56,499 nucleotides of DNA. Source: Acidimicrobiales bacterium (GTDB lineage Bacteria; Actinomycetota; Acidimicrobiia; Acidimicrobiales; Bog-793). Shown piece after piece: positions 17,340-26,022 of this stretch. Numbering within the stretch: the stretch's first letter is position 1; each line of letters opens with the position of its first letter. The stretch is taken from positions 1 through 56,499 of the forward strand of contig JBAVUF010000341.1 in assembly GCA_049696635.1 (NCBI GenBank), given 5' to 3'. The position numbers were made by a program, and so were the translations under genes. Under the pieces are notes generated by a model. It saw only the letters and a list, made by a program, of their open reading frames with translations, ran no database searches and was not told the DNA's origin.

Positions 17340-18863
17340 ATGACCGCCACCGAAACATCCTTCGCCCGGGATTTCGTCGCTGACCAGTCCTTCAAGATGC
17401 TGATCGGCGGTGAGTTCGCCGGCGCGGACGAGCATCACGGCGGAGTAACCGAGACAGTGGATCCGTCGACCGGCCTCGTCCTCACCCGCGTCCCCGAAGC
17501 CGACAGCGGCGACGTGCACCGCGCCGTGGAGGCGGCAAGCGCGGCGCAACCGGCGTGGCGAGAACTCGGACTGTGGGGTCGAGCGGCGTGCTTCGCACGC
17601 TTCTCGAAGCTGTTGAAAGAGAACCGCGAGCGGCTCGCGATGCTTGACGCGGTCGACTGCGGAAACCCGATCCGTGCGATGCGCATCGACGTCGACCTGT
17701 GCGAGGAGTATCTGCGCGCCTATCCCCCGATGGCGTGGGGCTTGCACGGTCGCGTGCACGAGATGAACCGCGGCGGGCTTCACTACACGCTCTCCCGCCC
17801 GTACGGCGTGACCGGTCGGATCCTCGCCTTCAACCACCCGCTGTTGTTCGCGGTGTCGCGCGCCCTTCCCGCACTCATCGTCGGCAACACCCTTGTCATG
17901 AAGCCCGCTCCACAGACGCCGCTCTCCGCGCTCGCGCTGGGAGAGCTCTTCGCAGAGGCGTTCCCCCCTGGTGTCGTCAACATCTTGAGCGGAGGCGCGG
18001 CCGTCGGCGACGCGATCGTTCGCCATCCCGAGATCAAGCGGATCTCTTTCACGGGAAGCGTTCAAACGGGTCTCGCTATCCAGCGATCGGCTGCCGAGAG
18101 CGGTCATGTAAAGCACGTTTCACTCGAGCTCGGGGGGAAGAACGCGATGGTCGTCTTCCCCGACGTCGACGTCCAAACAGCCGTCGAAGGCGCGGTGTTC
18201 GGTATGAACCTCGGCGTATGCCAGGGCCAGTCATGCGGCTCGAACTCGCGCGTTCTTGTGCATCGGAGTATCCACGATGAGTTCGTCGAAGCGCTCGGGG
18301 CTCGCCTCGATCGCTTCCGAGTCGCGACGGCGTACGAGGACAACTCGGAGATGGGGCCGCTCGTCACGCAGGCGCACTTCGACCGCGTCGCGGGCTATCT
18401 CGCGCGGGGCAAGGAGGAAGGCGCGCGCCTCGTAACGGGGGGCGGGCGTCCGACGGACGTTCCGGACGGGGGATTTTTCATGCGCCCCGCCGCATTCGAC
18501 GGCGTCCAACAGGGGATGACGATCGCGCGCGAGGAAATCTTCGGCCCAGTCGTCAGCGTGCTCGCCTGGAGCGAATTTGACGAGATGATCGCCGCCGCAA
18601 ACGCCGTCGAACTCGGCCTGACGGCGAGCGTCTGGACGGACGACTTGAATCTCGCCCACAAGACCGCGGAACTACTCGATGCCGGATACGTGTGGGTCAA
18701 CGACAGCACGGTCCACTACGTCGGCACGCCTTTCGGTGGCACGAAGGACAGTGGAACGGGCCGCGAGGAATCAGAAGAGGAGCTCCTCAGCTTTCTCGAG
18801 CTAAAAGCGGTGAATACCAAGCTCTCGAATCCTGGCGTCGCAATGGAAAGGCACGGCTGGTAG
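17340..18863 (+). CDS. NAD(P)-dependent aldehyde dehydrogenase
   Basis: SLELGGKNAMVVFPD and the Cys block GQSCGSNSR are present, together with EEIFGPV, in a 507-aa protein. The RBS AGGGAGAG lies upstream. Confidence 0.9.
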   Translation: MTATETSFARDFVADQSFKMLIGGEFAGADEHHGGVTETVDPSTGLVLTRVPEADSGDVHRAVEAASAAQPAWRELGLWGRAACFARFSKLLKENRERLAMLDAVDCGNPIRAMRIDVDLCEEYLRAYPPMAWGLHGRVHEMNRGGLHYTLSRPYGVTGRILAFNHPLLFAVSRALPALIVGNTLVMKPAPQTPLSALALGELFAEAFPPGVVNILSGGAAVGDAIVRHPEIKRISFTGSVQTGLAIQRSAAESGHVKHVSLELGGKNAMVVFPDVDVQTAVEGAVFGMNLGVCQGQSCGSNSRVLVHRSIHDEFVEALGARLDRFRVATAYEDNSEMGPLVTQAHFDRVAGYLARGKEEGARLVTGGGRPTDVPDGGFFMRPAAFDGVQQGMTIAREEIFGPVVSVLAWSEFDEMIAAANAVELGLTASVWTDDLNLAHKTAELLDAGYVWVNDSTVHYVGTPFGGTKDSGTGREESEEELLSFLELKAVNTKLSNPGVAMERHGW

Positions 18864-18947
18864 CGACGGGGTACCCGTGGATCGCGGCACAGAGAAGCGT
18901 TGGTTCGCGACCTTGCGAGCTAAGCCTGGCGACCGGCACGACGTCAC

Positions 18948-19703
18948 GTGGTGACGCTCATCGAGCTCGTCGTGCTCGTCGGTGTGCTCTCGTTCATCTC
19001 GGGGATGCTCGGCATCGGCGCGGCGCTCGTCGTCGCTCCAGTCCTCGCCCTGTACGGATATGCGCTGAAAGATGTGATTCAACCGTGGGTGCTCTTCCTC
19101 AACGGTGCGACCGCCTTGAGCGCAAGCGTCGGATTCGTCCGCGCCCGGTTGGTCGATTACCGCACAACGGCGCCCATTGCGCTGATCTGCACGCTCGGTG
19201 CTCCACTCGGAGTCCTGATTGCCAAGTGGAGTCCGGCCACCCTCATTTGGTGGCTGTACATCGCGGCGCTCCTGTTCGTCGCGCTCCGCATGCTCGTGCA
19301 GCCAACACAAACGATCGAGTCGGTCGTCAAGCTTCCACGACGGTCGAGGCGAGCGATGAACATCGCTTCAGCTCCGATCAGCGTCTTCTCCGCTTTCCTC
19401 GGGGTCGGACCGGGCTTTCTGCTCGTTCCGGCGATGATGGTGGTCGGTTTCTCCGCGCGTCTTGCAGCCGCGACGAACTCCCTAGCTGTCGTCCTGCCTT
19501 CGTTCACCGGCTTCGGCACGCACCTGCCGTCGGCCCGGCTCGATTGGACGACGGTGATTGCAACGTGCGCGGTCGGTGTCGTAACGAGTTATTTCGGAGC
19601 CAGGTTCATGGTCCGGAAGGTTCGCTCCCGCCCGCTGGCCATCGTGTTCGCGCTCGTCATGATTGGGTTGGCGATCGAAAGGGCAATCGTCCTCATGAAT
19701 TAG
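18948..19703 (+). CDS. TauE/SafE-family (sulfite/organosulfonate exporter-like) membrane protein
   Basis: 251 aa and highly hydrophobic, with the family-like N-terminus LVGVLSFISGMLGIGAALVVAPVL and a second repeat FLGVGPGFLLVPAMM. Confidence 0.75.
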   Translation: MVTLIELVVLVGVLSFISGMLGIGAALVVAPVLALYGYALKDVIQPWVLFLNGATALSASVGFVRARLVDYRTTAPIALICTLGAPLGVLIAKWSPATLIWWLYIAALLFVALRMLVQPTQTIESVVKLPRRSRRAMNIASAPISVFSAFLGVGPGFLLVPAMMVVGFSARLAAATNSLAVVLPSFTGFGTHLPSARLDWTTVIATCAVGVVTSYFGARFMVRKVRSRPLAIVFALVMIGLAIERAIVLMN

Positions 19704-19758
19704 CGGGCGACCAACTCCTCGCATCCGCTATCGCGCATTCGACCAGTCGAACTCGAAG

Positions 19759-20574
19759 GTGAGCCAGTTCGTGCCCGAGAATTCGAAATGGAGATCTTCG
19801 ATGTCGATTCTGAAGTCGCCCTTCCCGAAATCCGTTGCGGGCAATGACGAAGAATCAACGCCGTTGACAGCACCGATGACTGCTCCTACGCTCAGCGCCG
19901 TGGCGATCCCGGAAGTTGCGAAACCGCCTGGTCAGCGACTTTCGCGTGATGCGATCATCGAGGCGTACCTGCGCATCGCGGATGGACAGGGCCACGACGG
20001 TGTGAACATGCGCCGCCTCGGGCGCGAACTCGGCGTCGACGCCACCGCGGTCTACCGATACTTCCGCGACAAAGACGAGATCCTCGCGATGGCGGCCGCC
20101 AGGTTGCTGCAAGAAGTCGTCCGTGACATCCCGGAAGAAGGTCCGTGGCGCGACAGGCTCCGAACGCTTTTGCTTTCGCTCCGTCGTGTCTACCTCGCCC
20201 ACCCGAATGCCCTTCTCGCTTTGCAGCTCACGGCGCCGATGCTGGAAGAGGGCTACGACAACGTCGATCTGGCGCTCGCTCTACTGCGTGAATCGGGCTT
20301 GCCCGAAGAAGAGATTCCGCTCGCCTTCGAAGCACTGGAGACCTACACAATCGGCGGCACCGTGTTCGACGCGAGGGCGACCGAGGAGAGTCTGGAGCGC
20401 TGGCGGAGGGTCTACAGCGGGATGCCGGAAGGTCGCTTTCCCAATCTCGCTTCAACGGGTCGGCGCCTCTACAACGACGTGGAAAAGGCGTTCAGGTACG
20501 GCCTCGACCTGCTTTTCGACGCCATCGAGGCAAAGGCGCGTCCCGGACAAGGTGGCGCTACCGCAGTCAGATGA
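19759..20574 (+). CDS. TetR/AcrR-family transcriptional regulator
   Basis: The HTH block is GVNMRRLGRELGVDATAVYRYFRDKDEIL. The start is uncertain: GTG 19759 or a downstream ATG near 19801. Confidence 0.8.
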   Translation: MSQFVPENSKWRSSMSILKSPFPKSVAGNDEESTPLTAPMTAPTLSAVAIPEVAKPPGQRLSRDAIIEAYLRIADGQGHDGVNMRRLGRELGVDATAVYRYFRDKDEILAMAAARLLQEVVRDIPEEGPWRDRLRTLLLSLRRVYLAHPNALLALQLTAPMLEEGYDNVDLALALLRESGLPEEEIPLAFEALETYTIGGTVFDARATEESLERWRRVYSGMPEGRFPNLASTGRRLYNDVEKAFRYGLDLLFDAIEAKARPGQGGATAVR

Positions 20575-20585
20575 TGAAGGAAGAG

Positions 20586-20608
20586 CCTCACGCGATCCTC
20601 GCGTGAGG
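20586..20608. promoter_or_regulatory. Perfect inverted repeat CCTCACGCGA-TCC-TCGCGTGAGG (10-bp arms)
   Basis: Read directly. It lies between the TetR stop (20574) and the SBP start (20632), immediately upstream of the RBS GGGGGAGG. It may be a TetR operator or an attenuating hairpin. Confidence 0.5.
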
Positions 20609-20631
20609 AGGTCAAAGGGGGAGGACTGAAC

Positions 20632-22518
20632 ATGGCCGATCGGAAACACGTTCGCCGGGGCAAGAGGGGTTTCGGTGATCGTCACGGGAGGGGGCCTCTC
20701 CTTGGGAAGTTGGCGCTTCTCCCCGCTTTGCTGCTCGCCGCCGGCGCGTACGTCCCTGCTCATCTCACCGAGCACACGACCCAGGGCGCGACGGTCACGT
20801 TCGCTGAACAACCCGGATCACCGCCGGACTACGTCTTCCCGTTGCAGCCGGCGGAATGGTTCACGTTCGCGAACGATCAGGAATTCAGCTACCTGCTGTA
20901 CCCGACGCTTTATTGGATCGACAGCAATGGCGAGCCGGTCGTGAACGACGCGATGAGCTTGGCCAATCCGCCCGTCTTCAGCGTCAACGCGGCGCATGAC
21001 ACCGTTGCCACCATCACGTTGAAGAACCTTCACTGGTCAGACGGCGTCCAGCTGACGACACGCGACGTTGAGTTCTGGATGAATCTGTTGTCCGCCAACA
21101 AAACCGACTGGGGCGATTACGTGCCGGGTCAGTTCCCCGACAACGTGAAGTCCATCAGCTACCTGTCGAAAACGACCTTTGCCATCACCTTCAACCGAAC
21201 GTACAACCAATATTGGCTGCAACAGAACGAACTGAACACGATCATTCCGATGCCGCAACACGTATGGGACCGCACGTCTTTGAGTGGGCCGGTCGGGAAC
21301 TATGACGAATCGAAGAAGGGCGCGGTCGCGGTCTGGACTTTTCTGAACAAGCAGTCGACCGAAGGAAGCACGTACGCGACGAGTCCGTTGTGGCGTGTGG
21401 TCGACGGGGCGTGGGAGATCGAGCCAAACGTCGGCTACAACGCGACGACCGGCTATCTCGTACTCGTGCCGAATCCCCGCTATTTCGGTAAGTCCACCCA
21501 CAGCATCGCCAAGTTCATCGAAGAGCCGTTTACGAGCACGTCAGCGGAATTCAACGCGGTCCGCTCCGGAAGCGTCGACTACGGATTTCTGCCATTGGAG
21601 GACGCCACGTCGGGACTGGAATCGGCGGTGCGCTCGGAGGGCTACCAGATCGATCCTTGGAACATCTGGGGTTGGAACTTCTGGCCGCTCAACTTCGCCC
21701 AGCCGACAGCGGGTCCAATCTTCAAACAGCTCTACATCCGGCAGGCGCTTCAGCATCTCGTCGACCAGAGCGCGTGGGTGAAGTACTTCCTGCGAGGGTT
21801 CGGATATCCCGAATACAGCGACATTCCGACGGTGATCAAGAACCCGTACGCCGACGCCTACGTCAGCGAAGACCATTACCCATTCAGCGTGTCGGCGGCT
21901 CGGAAGTTGCTCACCAGTCATGGATGGAAGGTCGTCTCCGGAGGGACCTCCACCTGTGTGCACCCGGGTACTGGCAGCGGGGAGTGTGGTGCCGGAGTCA
22001 AATCCGGTGCGGAGTTGAACTTCTCTTTTGAGTACACCTCCGGAAACACAGCACTCGGTCAGGAGGTGCTCAACTTCAAGACCACCGCCTCCGAAGTCGG
22101 CGTTCAACTCACGCTCACCAGCCATCCATTCAGCAAGGTGTTCGCCGACTACTTCTCGTGCTTCGGCGTCAAGCCGTCGGCCTGCCATTGGCAAATGCTC
22201 GCCGGCACGCTGAGTGACGAATACGGCTGGTACCCCTACTACTACCCGGACGGTGCCGAGAACTACAACACCGGCTCCGGGTTCAACGGCGGCCAGTACA
22301 GCAATCCCGAGATGGACGCCCTGACTAAGGCAGCGCACGAGCTGCCCGGTCTGGCGCCGCTGCACGCCGCGGACAATTACGCCGCGTCCCAGCTGCCGAC
22401 GCTTTGGGTTCCGAACGGCCCGTACCAGATCTCCGTTATCAAAAAGACGCTGCACGTTCCGCTGCCACAGGGCTTGGAGACGAACCTGTACCCGCAGCTC
22501 TGGACGGTGTCGAGCTGA
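20632..22518 (+). CDS. ABC substrate-binding protein, family 5 (peptide/nickel/opine type), secreted
   Basis: 628 aa with the N-terminal signal-like segment LGKLALLPALLLAAGAYVPA. Its size and aromatic-rich composition are typical of the DppA/OppA family, and it is followed by DppB/C-like permeases. Confidence 0.75.
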   Translation: MADRKHVRRGKRGFGDRHGRGPLLGKLALLPALLLAAGAYVPAHLTEHTTQGATVTFAEQPGSPPDYVFPLQPAEWFTFANDQEFSYLLYPTLYWIDSNGEPVVNDAMSLANPPVFSVNAAHDTVATITLKNLHWSDGVQLTTRDVEFWMNLLSANKTDWGDYVPGQFPDNVKSISYLSKTTFAITFNRTYNQYWLQQNELNTIIPMPQHVWDRTSLSGPVGNYDESKKGAVAVWTFLNKQSTEGSTYATSPLWRVVDGAWEIEPNVGYNATTGYLVLVPNPRYFGKSTHSIAKFIEEPFTSTSAEFNAVRSGSVDYGFLPLEDATSGLESAVRSEGYQIDPWNIWGWNFWPLNFAQPTAGPIFKQLYIRQALQHLVDQSAWVKYFLRGFGYPEYSDIPTVIKNPYADAYVSEDHYPFSVSAARKLLTSHGWKVVSGGTSTCVHPGTGSGECGAGVKSGAELNFSFEYTSGNTALGQEVLNFKTTASEVGVQLTLTSHPFSKVFADYFSCFGVKPSACHWQMLAGTLSDEYGWYPYYYPDGAENYNTGSGFNGGQYSNPEMDALTKAAHELPGLAPLHAADNYAASQLPTLWVPNGPYQISVIKKTLHVPLPQGLETNLYPQLWTVSS

Positions 22519-22559
22519 TCGCGGAGCGATATCAGCTTTGAAAACAGAAAGGGCGAGGC

Positions 22560-23993
22560 GTGGAGGTTCGTGAGTTCGCGCGGTACGACGCGACCGGGCT
22601 GTCCGAACTCGTACGGAAAAAGGAGGTGAAACCGGGCGAGCTCGTGGAAACCGCCTTGCGGGCGATCGAGCGGGTCAACCCGGAATTGAACGCGGTCATC
22701 GAAGTCTACGAGGACGCCCTCAAAGCCGTTTCCGACGACGAATCGAGCGGTGCGCCGTTTGCCGGCGTGCCCTTCGTCGCGAAAGACCTCGGCTGGTCCG
22801 TTGCCGGCCGACGTGTGGAAGCCGGTAGCCGGCTGCTCGCCGGTTGGACGAGTAAGCGGAACGGAGAGTTGCCACGCCGCTTCAAAGCGGCCGGCCTGAT
22901 TCAGATTGGCCGAAGCGCGACGTCCGAATTCGGCGAGGTCGTGACTGTCGAGACCGCTCTATACGGTGCGACCCGGAATCCGTGGGACGTCGCGAAGAGC
23001 ACGGGCGGTTCGAGCGGTGGTTCTGCCGCCGCAGTGGCAGCCGGCATGGTGCCCCTTGCTCACGGCAACGACGGGGGTGGTTCCATCCGCATGCCGGCGT
23101 CCTGTTGCGGGTTGGTGGGCTTGAAACCGAGCAGGGGGCGAATTTGGTCGGAGCCGACGCGCGTGTTCCTCGGCGATATCACGACCGAGTTCGCCCTCAC
23201 CCGGTCGGTGAGAGACGCAGCCACGTTGCTCGGAGCGATCGAAGGTGCGGGCCTGGGCGCTCCTTTTCATGCGCCGACCGGCGACCTGCGGGGTGCAGAA
23301 GACCTGAGAGCCATGCCGGACCACGTGCGCATCGGTTTCACCGCCAGCAATTTATGGGGAAGACGCGTCGATGCGGAGGTCGCGCGCGCGACGCTCGACG
23401 TCGCAAACCTCTGCGCGGAGCTCGGACACGAGGTGACCGAGCGTCCATTGACCTTCGATGTCGAGCGGTACCTCGCGTCGACCATCGACATCTGGGCGGC
23501 GATGGCGGCCGTTGAAATCGACGCTGCCGCTAAAGCGCTCGGCCGCGCCCCTGGCGTTGAGACCCTCGAGGGCTACACGCTCGCGCTGTATGAACACGGC
23601 CGCCGTCTCGATGCGAAACGCGTCATCGAGGCACTCGAGACCTATCGCGAGACCACCCGGGTGGTTGACGAGCAGTTGCAGGACTGCGACATCTACCTGC
23701 TCCCGACGATGCCGGCGCTCCCGCCGACGCTCGGCTCGTACGATCCGTACCGACAGGTCGCCGTCGATTGGTACTTCGAGAGCGACCTCGGGAACTTTGA
23801 GTCAGGGACGTCGCTGTTCAATTGCACAGGACAGCCTGCGATCAGTCTGCCGCTCGCGAACGACGCTGGTCTGCCGATCGGCGTGCAGTTCGTCGGACGG
23901 TGGGGTGAGGAGAAATTGCTGCTGCAGCTGGCGAGCGTCCTCGAGGAAGCACGCCCGTGGTCGGAGCGACAACCGCCGGTCCACGCGCAATGA
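22560..23993 (+). CDS. Amidase-signature family amidase (cytosolic)
   Basis: [55 protein letters not shown] and the N-terminal [22 protein letters not shown] are present. The start is GTG. Confidence 0.9.
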   Translation: MEVREFARYDATGLSELVRKKEVKPGELVETALRAIERVNPELNAVIEVYEDALKAVSDDESSGAPFAGVPFVAKDLGWSVAGRRVEAGSRLLAGWTSKRNGELPRRFKAAGLIQIGRSATSEFGEVVTVETALYGATRNPWDVAKSTGGSSGGSAAAVAAGMVPLAHGNDGGGSIRMPASCCGLVGLKPSRGRIWSEPTRVFLGDITTEFALTRSVRDAATLLGAIEGAGLGAPFHAPTGDLRGAEDLRAMPDHVRIGFTASNLWGRRVDAEVARATLDVANLCAELGHEVTERPLTFDVERYLASTIDIWAAMAAVEIDAAAKALGRAPGVETLEGYTLALYEHGRRLDAKRVIEALETYRETTRVVDEQLQDCDIYLLPTMPALPPTLGSYDPYRQVAVDWYFESDLGNFESGTSLFNCTGQPAISLPLANDAGLPIGVQFVGRWGEEKLLLQLASVLEEARPWSERQPPVHAQ

Positions 23994-24020
23994 CCGATAC
24001 GTCGGAGTGACGTAACAGCG

Positions 24021-24974
24021 GTGATCGGTTACATCGTCCGGCGGCTGATCCAGGCTGTCATCGTCGTCATCGGGGTGACGATCATCGCCTTCATCCTGCA
24101 GAACCTGGTCGCCACGGGCCCGGCGCTCGCCCGCGCGGTGATCGGGATCCGCGCGGGACCCACCCAGGTGCACGCGTTCATCAAGGAATACGGTCTCAAT
24201 TCGCCGCTTCCCGTGCAATATGCGCACTACTTCTGGCAGATGCTGCAGGGAAACCTCGGCTACTCGTACAAGTTGAACGACTCCGTCGACGCCTTGATCG
24301 CCCACGACCTGCCGAGGGACCTGTTACTCGTCGGATCGGCGATTGTCATCGCGTTGCTCATCGCCATTCCAGTTGGATTGGTGCAGGCCGCTCACCGCAA
24401 CGGCCTCATCGATTACGTCGGGACCGCCGTGTCCTTCCTGCTCTACTCGATGCCGTATTTCCTTCTCGGCTTGCTTCTCATCGCGGCATTCTCCGTGAAC
24501 CTCGGAATCCTGCCCGCAGAAGCGCCGCAGGGAACCACCATCACTCAGGTGCTGTCACAGCCATCCGCGTTGATCCTCCCGATCGCCACCCTCGCGCTCG
24601 GCACCTACGCACTCTTCAGTCAGTACATGCGGTCCGCCGCGGTCGAGAACCTCGCGCAGGACTACGTCCGCACGGCCCGAGCCAAAGGTGCCACGAAACG
24701 CCGCATTCTGTGGCGCCACGTTCTTCGGAACTCGCTGCTTTCGGTTGTAACGCTGGTCGGCCTTTCTGTGCCGGCCATCCTCACGCTCGGGTTCGTGGTC
24801 GAATACGTCTTCAATTTTCCAGGAATCGGGCTGTTGTTCTACAACGCGGCCGTGAGCGCCGACTACCCCGTCGAGCTTGGCATCACCATTCTCGTGAGCG
24901 TCGCCACGGTCGCGGGGAACCTGGCGGCCGACCTCGCGTACGCCGCGCTCGACCCACAGGTGCGCTACACGTGA
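24021..24974 (+). CDS. ABC transporter permease (DppB/OppB-like)
   Basis: MIGYIVRRLIQAVIVVIGVTIIAFIL is the canonical N-terminus. The protein is multi-TM. Confidence 0.85.
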   Translation: MIGYIVRRLIQAVIVVIGVTIIAFILQNLVATGPALARAVIGIRAGPTQVHAFIKEYGLNSPLPVQYAHYFWQMLQGNLGYSYKLNDSVDALIAHDLPRDLLLVGSAIVIALLIAIPVGLVQAAHRNGLIDYVGTAVSFLLYSMPYFLLGLLLIAAFSVNLGILPAEAPQGTTITQVLSQPSALILPIATLALGTYALFSQYMRSAAVENLAQDYVRTARAKGATKRRILWRHVLRNSLLSVVTLVGLSVPAILTLGFVVEYVFNFPGIGLLFYNAAVSADYPVELGITILVSVATVAGNLAADLAYAALDPQVRYT

Positions 24975-25011
24975 CGGCAAGCGACCACATCCGCTGCGCC
25001 GTGTCCGCGCG

Positions 25012-25953
25012 GTGAACGAGGTGAGCGCAACCCCACCCGCCGGCGTCGCGCTCGTTCAGCCGGTACGCGCCGGCGACGAAACCGAAGACTCGGCCGGCGA
25101 AGGCCGACACCGCAGCGCCTGGCGGCTGATCGGCACGACCTTCCTCGAAAACAAACTTGCTCGCGTCGGACTCGCGTACGTGCTCCTCGAGGTGGGGTTC
25201 TGCTTCATCGGGCCGCTCCTTTACCGGACCAACCAGTACCGCTCGAGCATTTTCATCAACTTGGCTCCATCGATGTCACATCCTTTGGGCACCGACAACA
25301 ACGGCTTCGATGTCCTCGGACGGCTGATGGCGGGTGGTCGGACGTCGCTCGAGATCTCGTTCGGGGTCGCGGTGTGTTCAACGGTGCTCGGCATGGTCTG
25401 GGGCGCGATTTCGGGGTTCACCGGCGGCAGGACCGACGCGGTGATGTCGCGCGTACTCGACGTCTTCATCTCAATTCCGCCGTTGTTCGTTTTCATCTAC
25501 CTCGCCACGGTGTACCGCCCGACGTTGTTGCTTCTCATCTTGGTTCTGACAGGTCTCTCGTGGCTGGTCCCTGCGCGTCTCGTACGAGGCGAGACAATCG
25601 CTCTACGAACCCGTGAGTACGTACAGGCAGCACAGATCATGGGTGGACACAACGCGGGGATCATGCGACGCCACATTTTTCACAATGTCATCGGCACCAT
25701 TGTCGTGAGCGCGACCTTTCAGATCACCAACGCGATACTCATCCTCGCGACCCTCGACTTCTTCGGATTCGGACTGCCGCCACCCGCCCCGACGTGGGGC
25801 GGGATGCTCTCGAACGGGATCAACTACCTCTATGACGGCTACTGGTGGCAGATCTATCCGGTGGCTGCCTTGATCGTTTTCACCGTCGTCGCGATCAGTT
25901 TCATCGGGGACGCGCTTCGCGACGCCTTCGAAGTGAGGCTGCAGCGCCGATAG
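25012..25953 (+). CDS. ABC transporter permease (DppC/OppC-like)
   Basis: HPLGTDNNGFDVLGRLMAGGRTSL is the canonical DppC/OppC block. The protein is multi-TM. Confidence 0.85.
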   Translation: MNEVSATPPAGVALVQPVRAGDETEDSAGEGRHRSAWRLIGTTFLENKLARVGLAYVLLEVGFCFIGPLLYRTNQYRSSIFINLAPSMSHPLGTDNNGFDVLGRLMAGGRTSLEISFGVAVCSTVLGMVWGAISGFTGGRTDAVMSRVLDVFISIPPLFVFIYLATVYRPTLLLLILVLTGLSWLVPARLVRGETIALRTREYVQAAQIMGGHNAGIMRRHIFHNVIGTIVVSATFQITNAILILATLDFFGFGLPPPAPTWGGMLSNGINYLYDGYWWQIYPVAALIVFTVVAISFIGDALRDAFEVRLQRR

Positions 25954-26022
25954 CGAAATCAGGAACGATGCCGCGCGACAGCGCGAAGCACGAGAGCCAT
26001 GTTCGATCGAATCTTCGACAAG

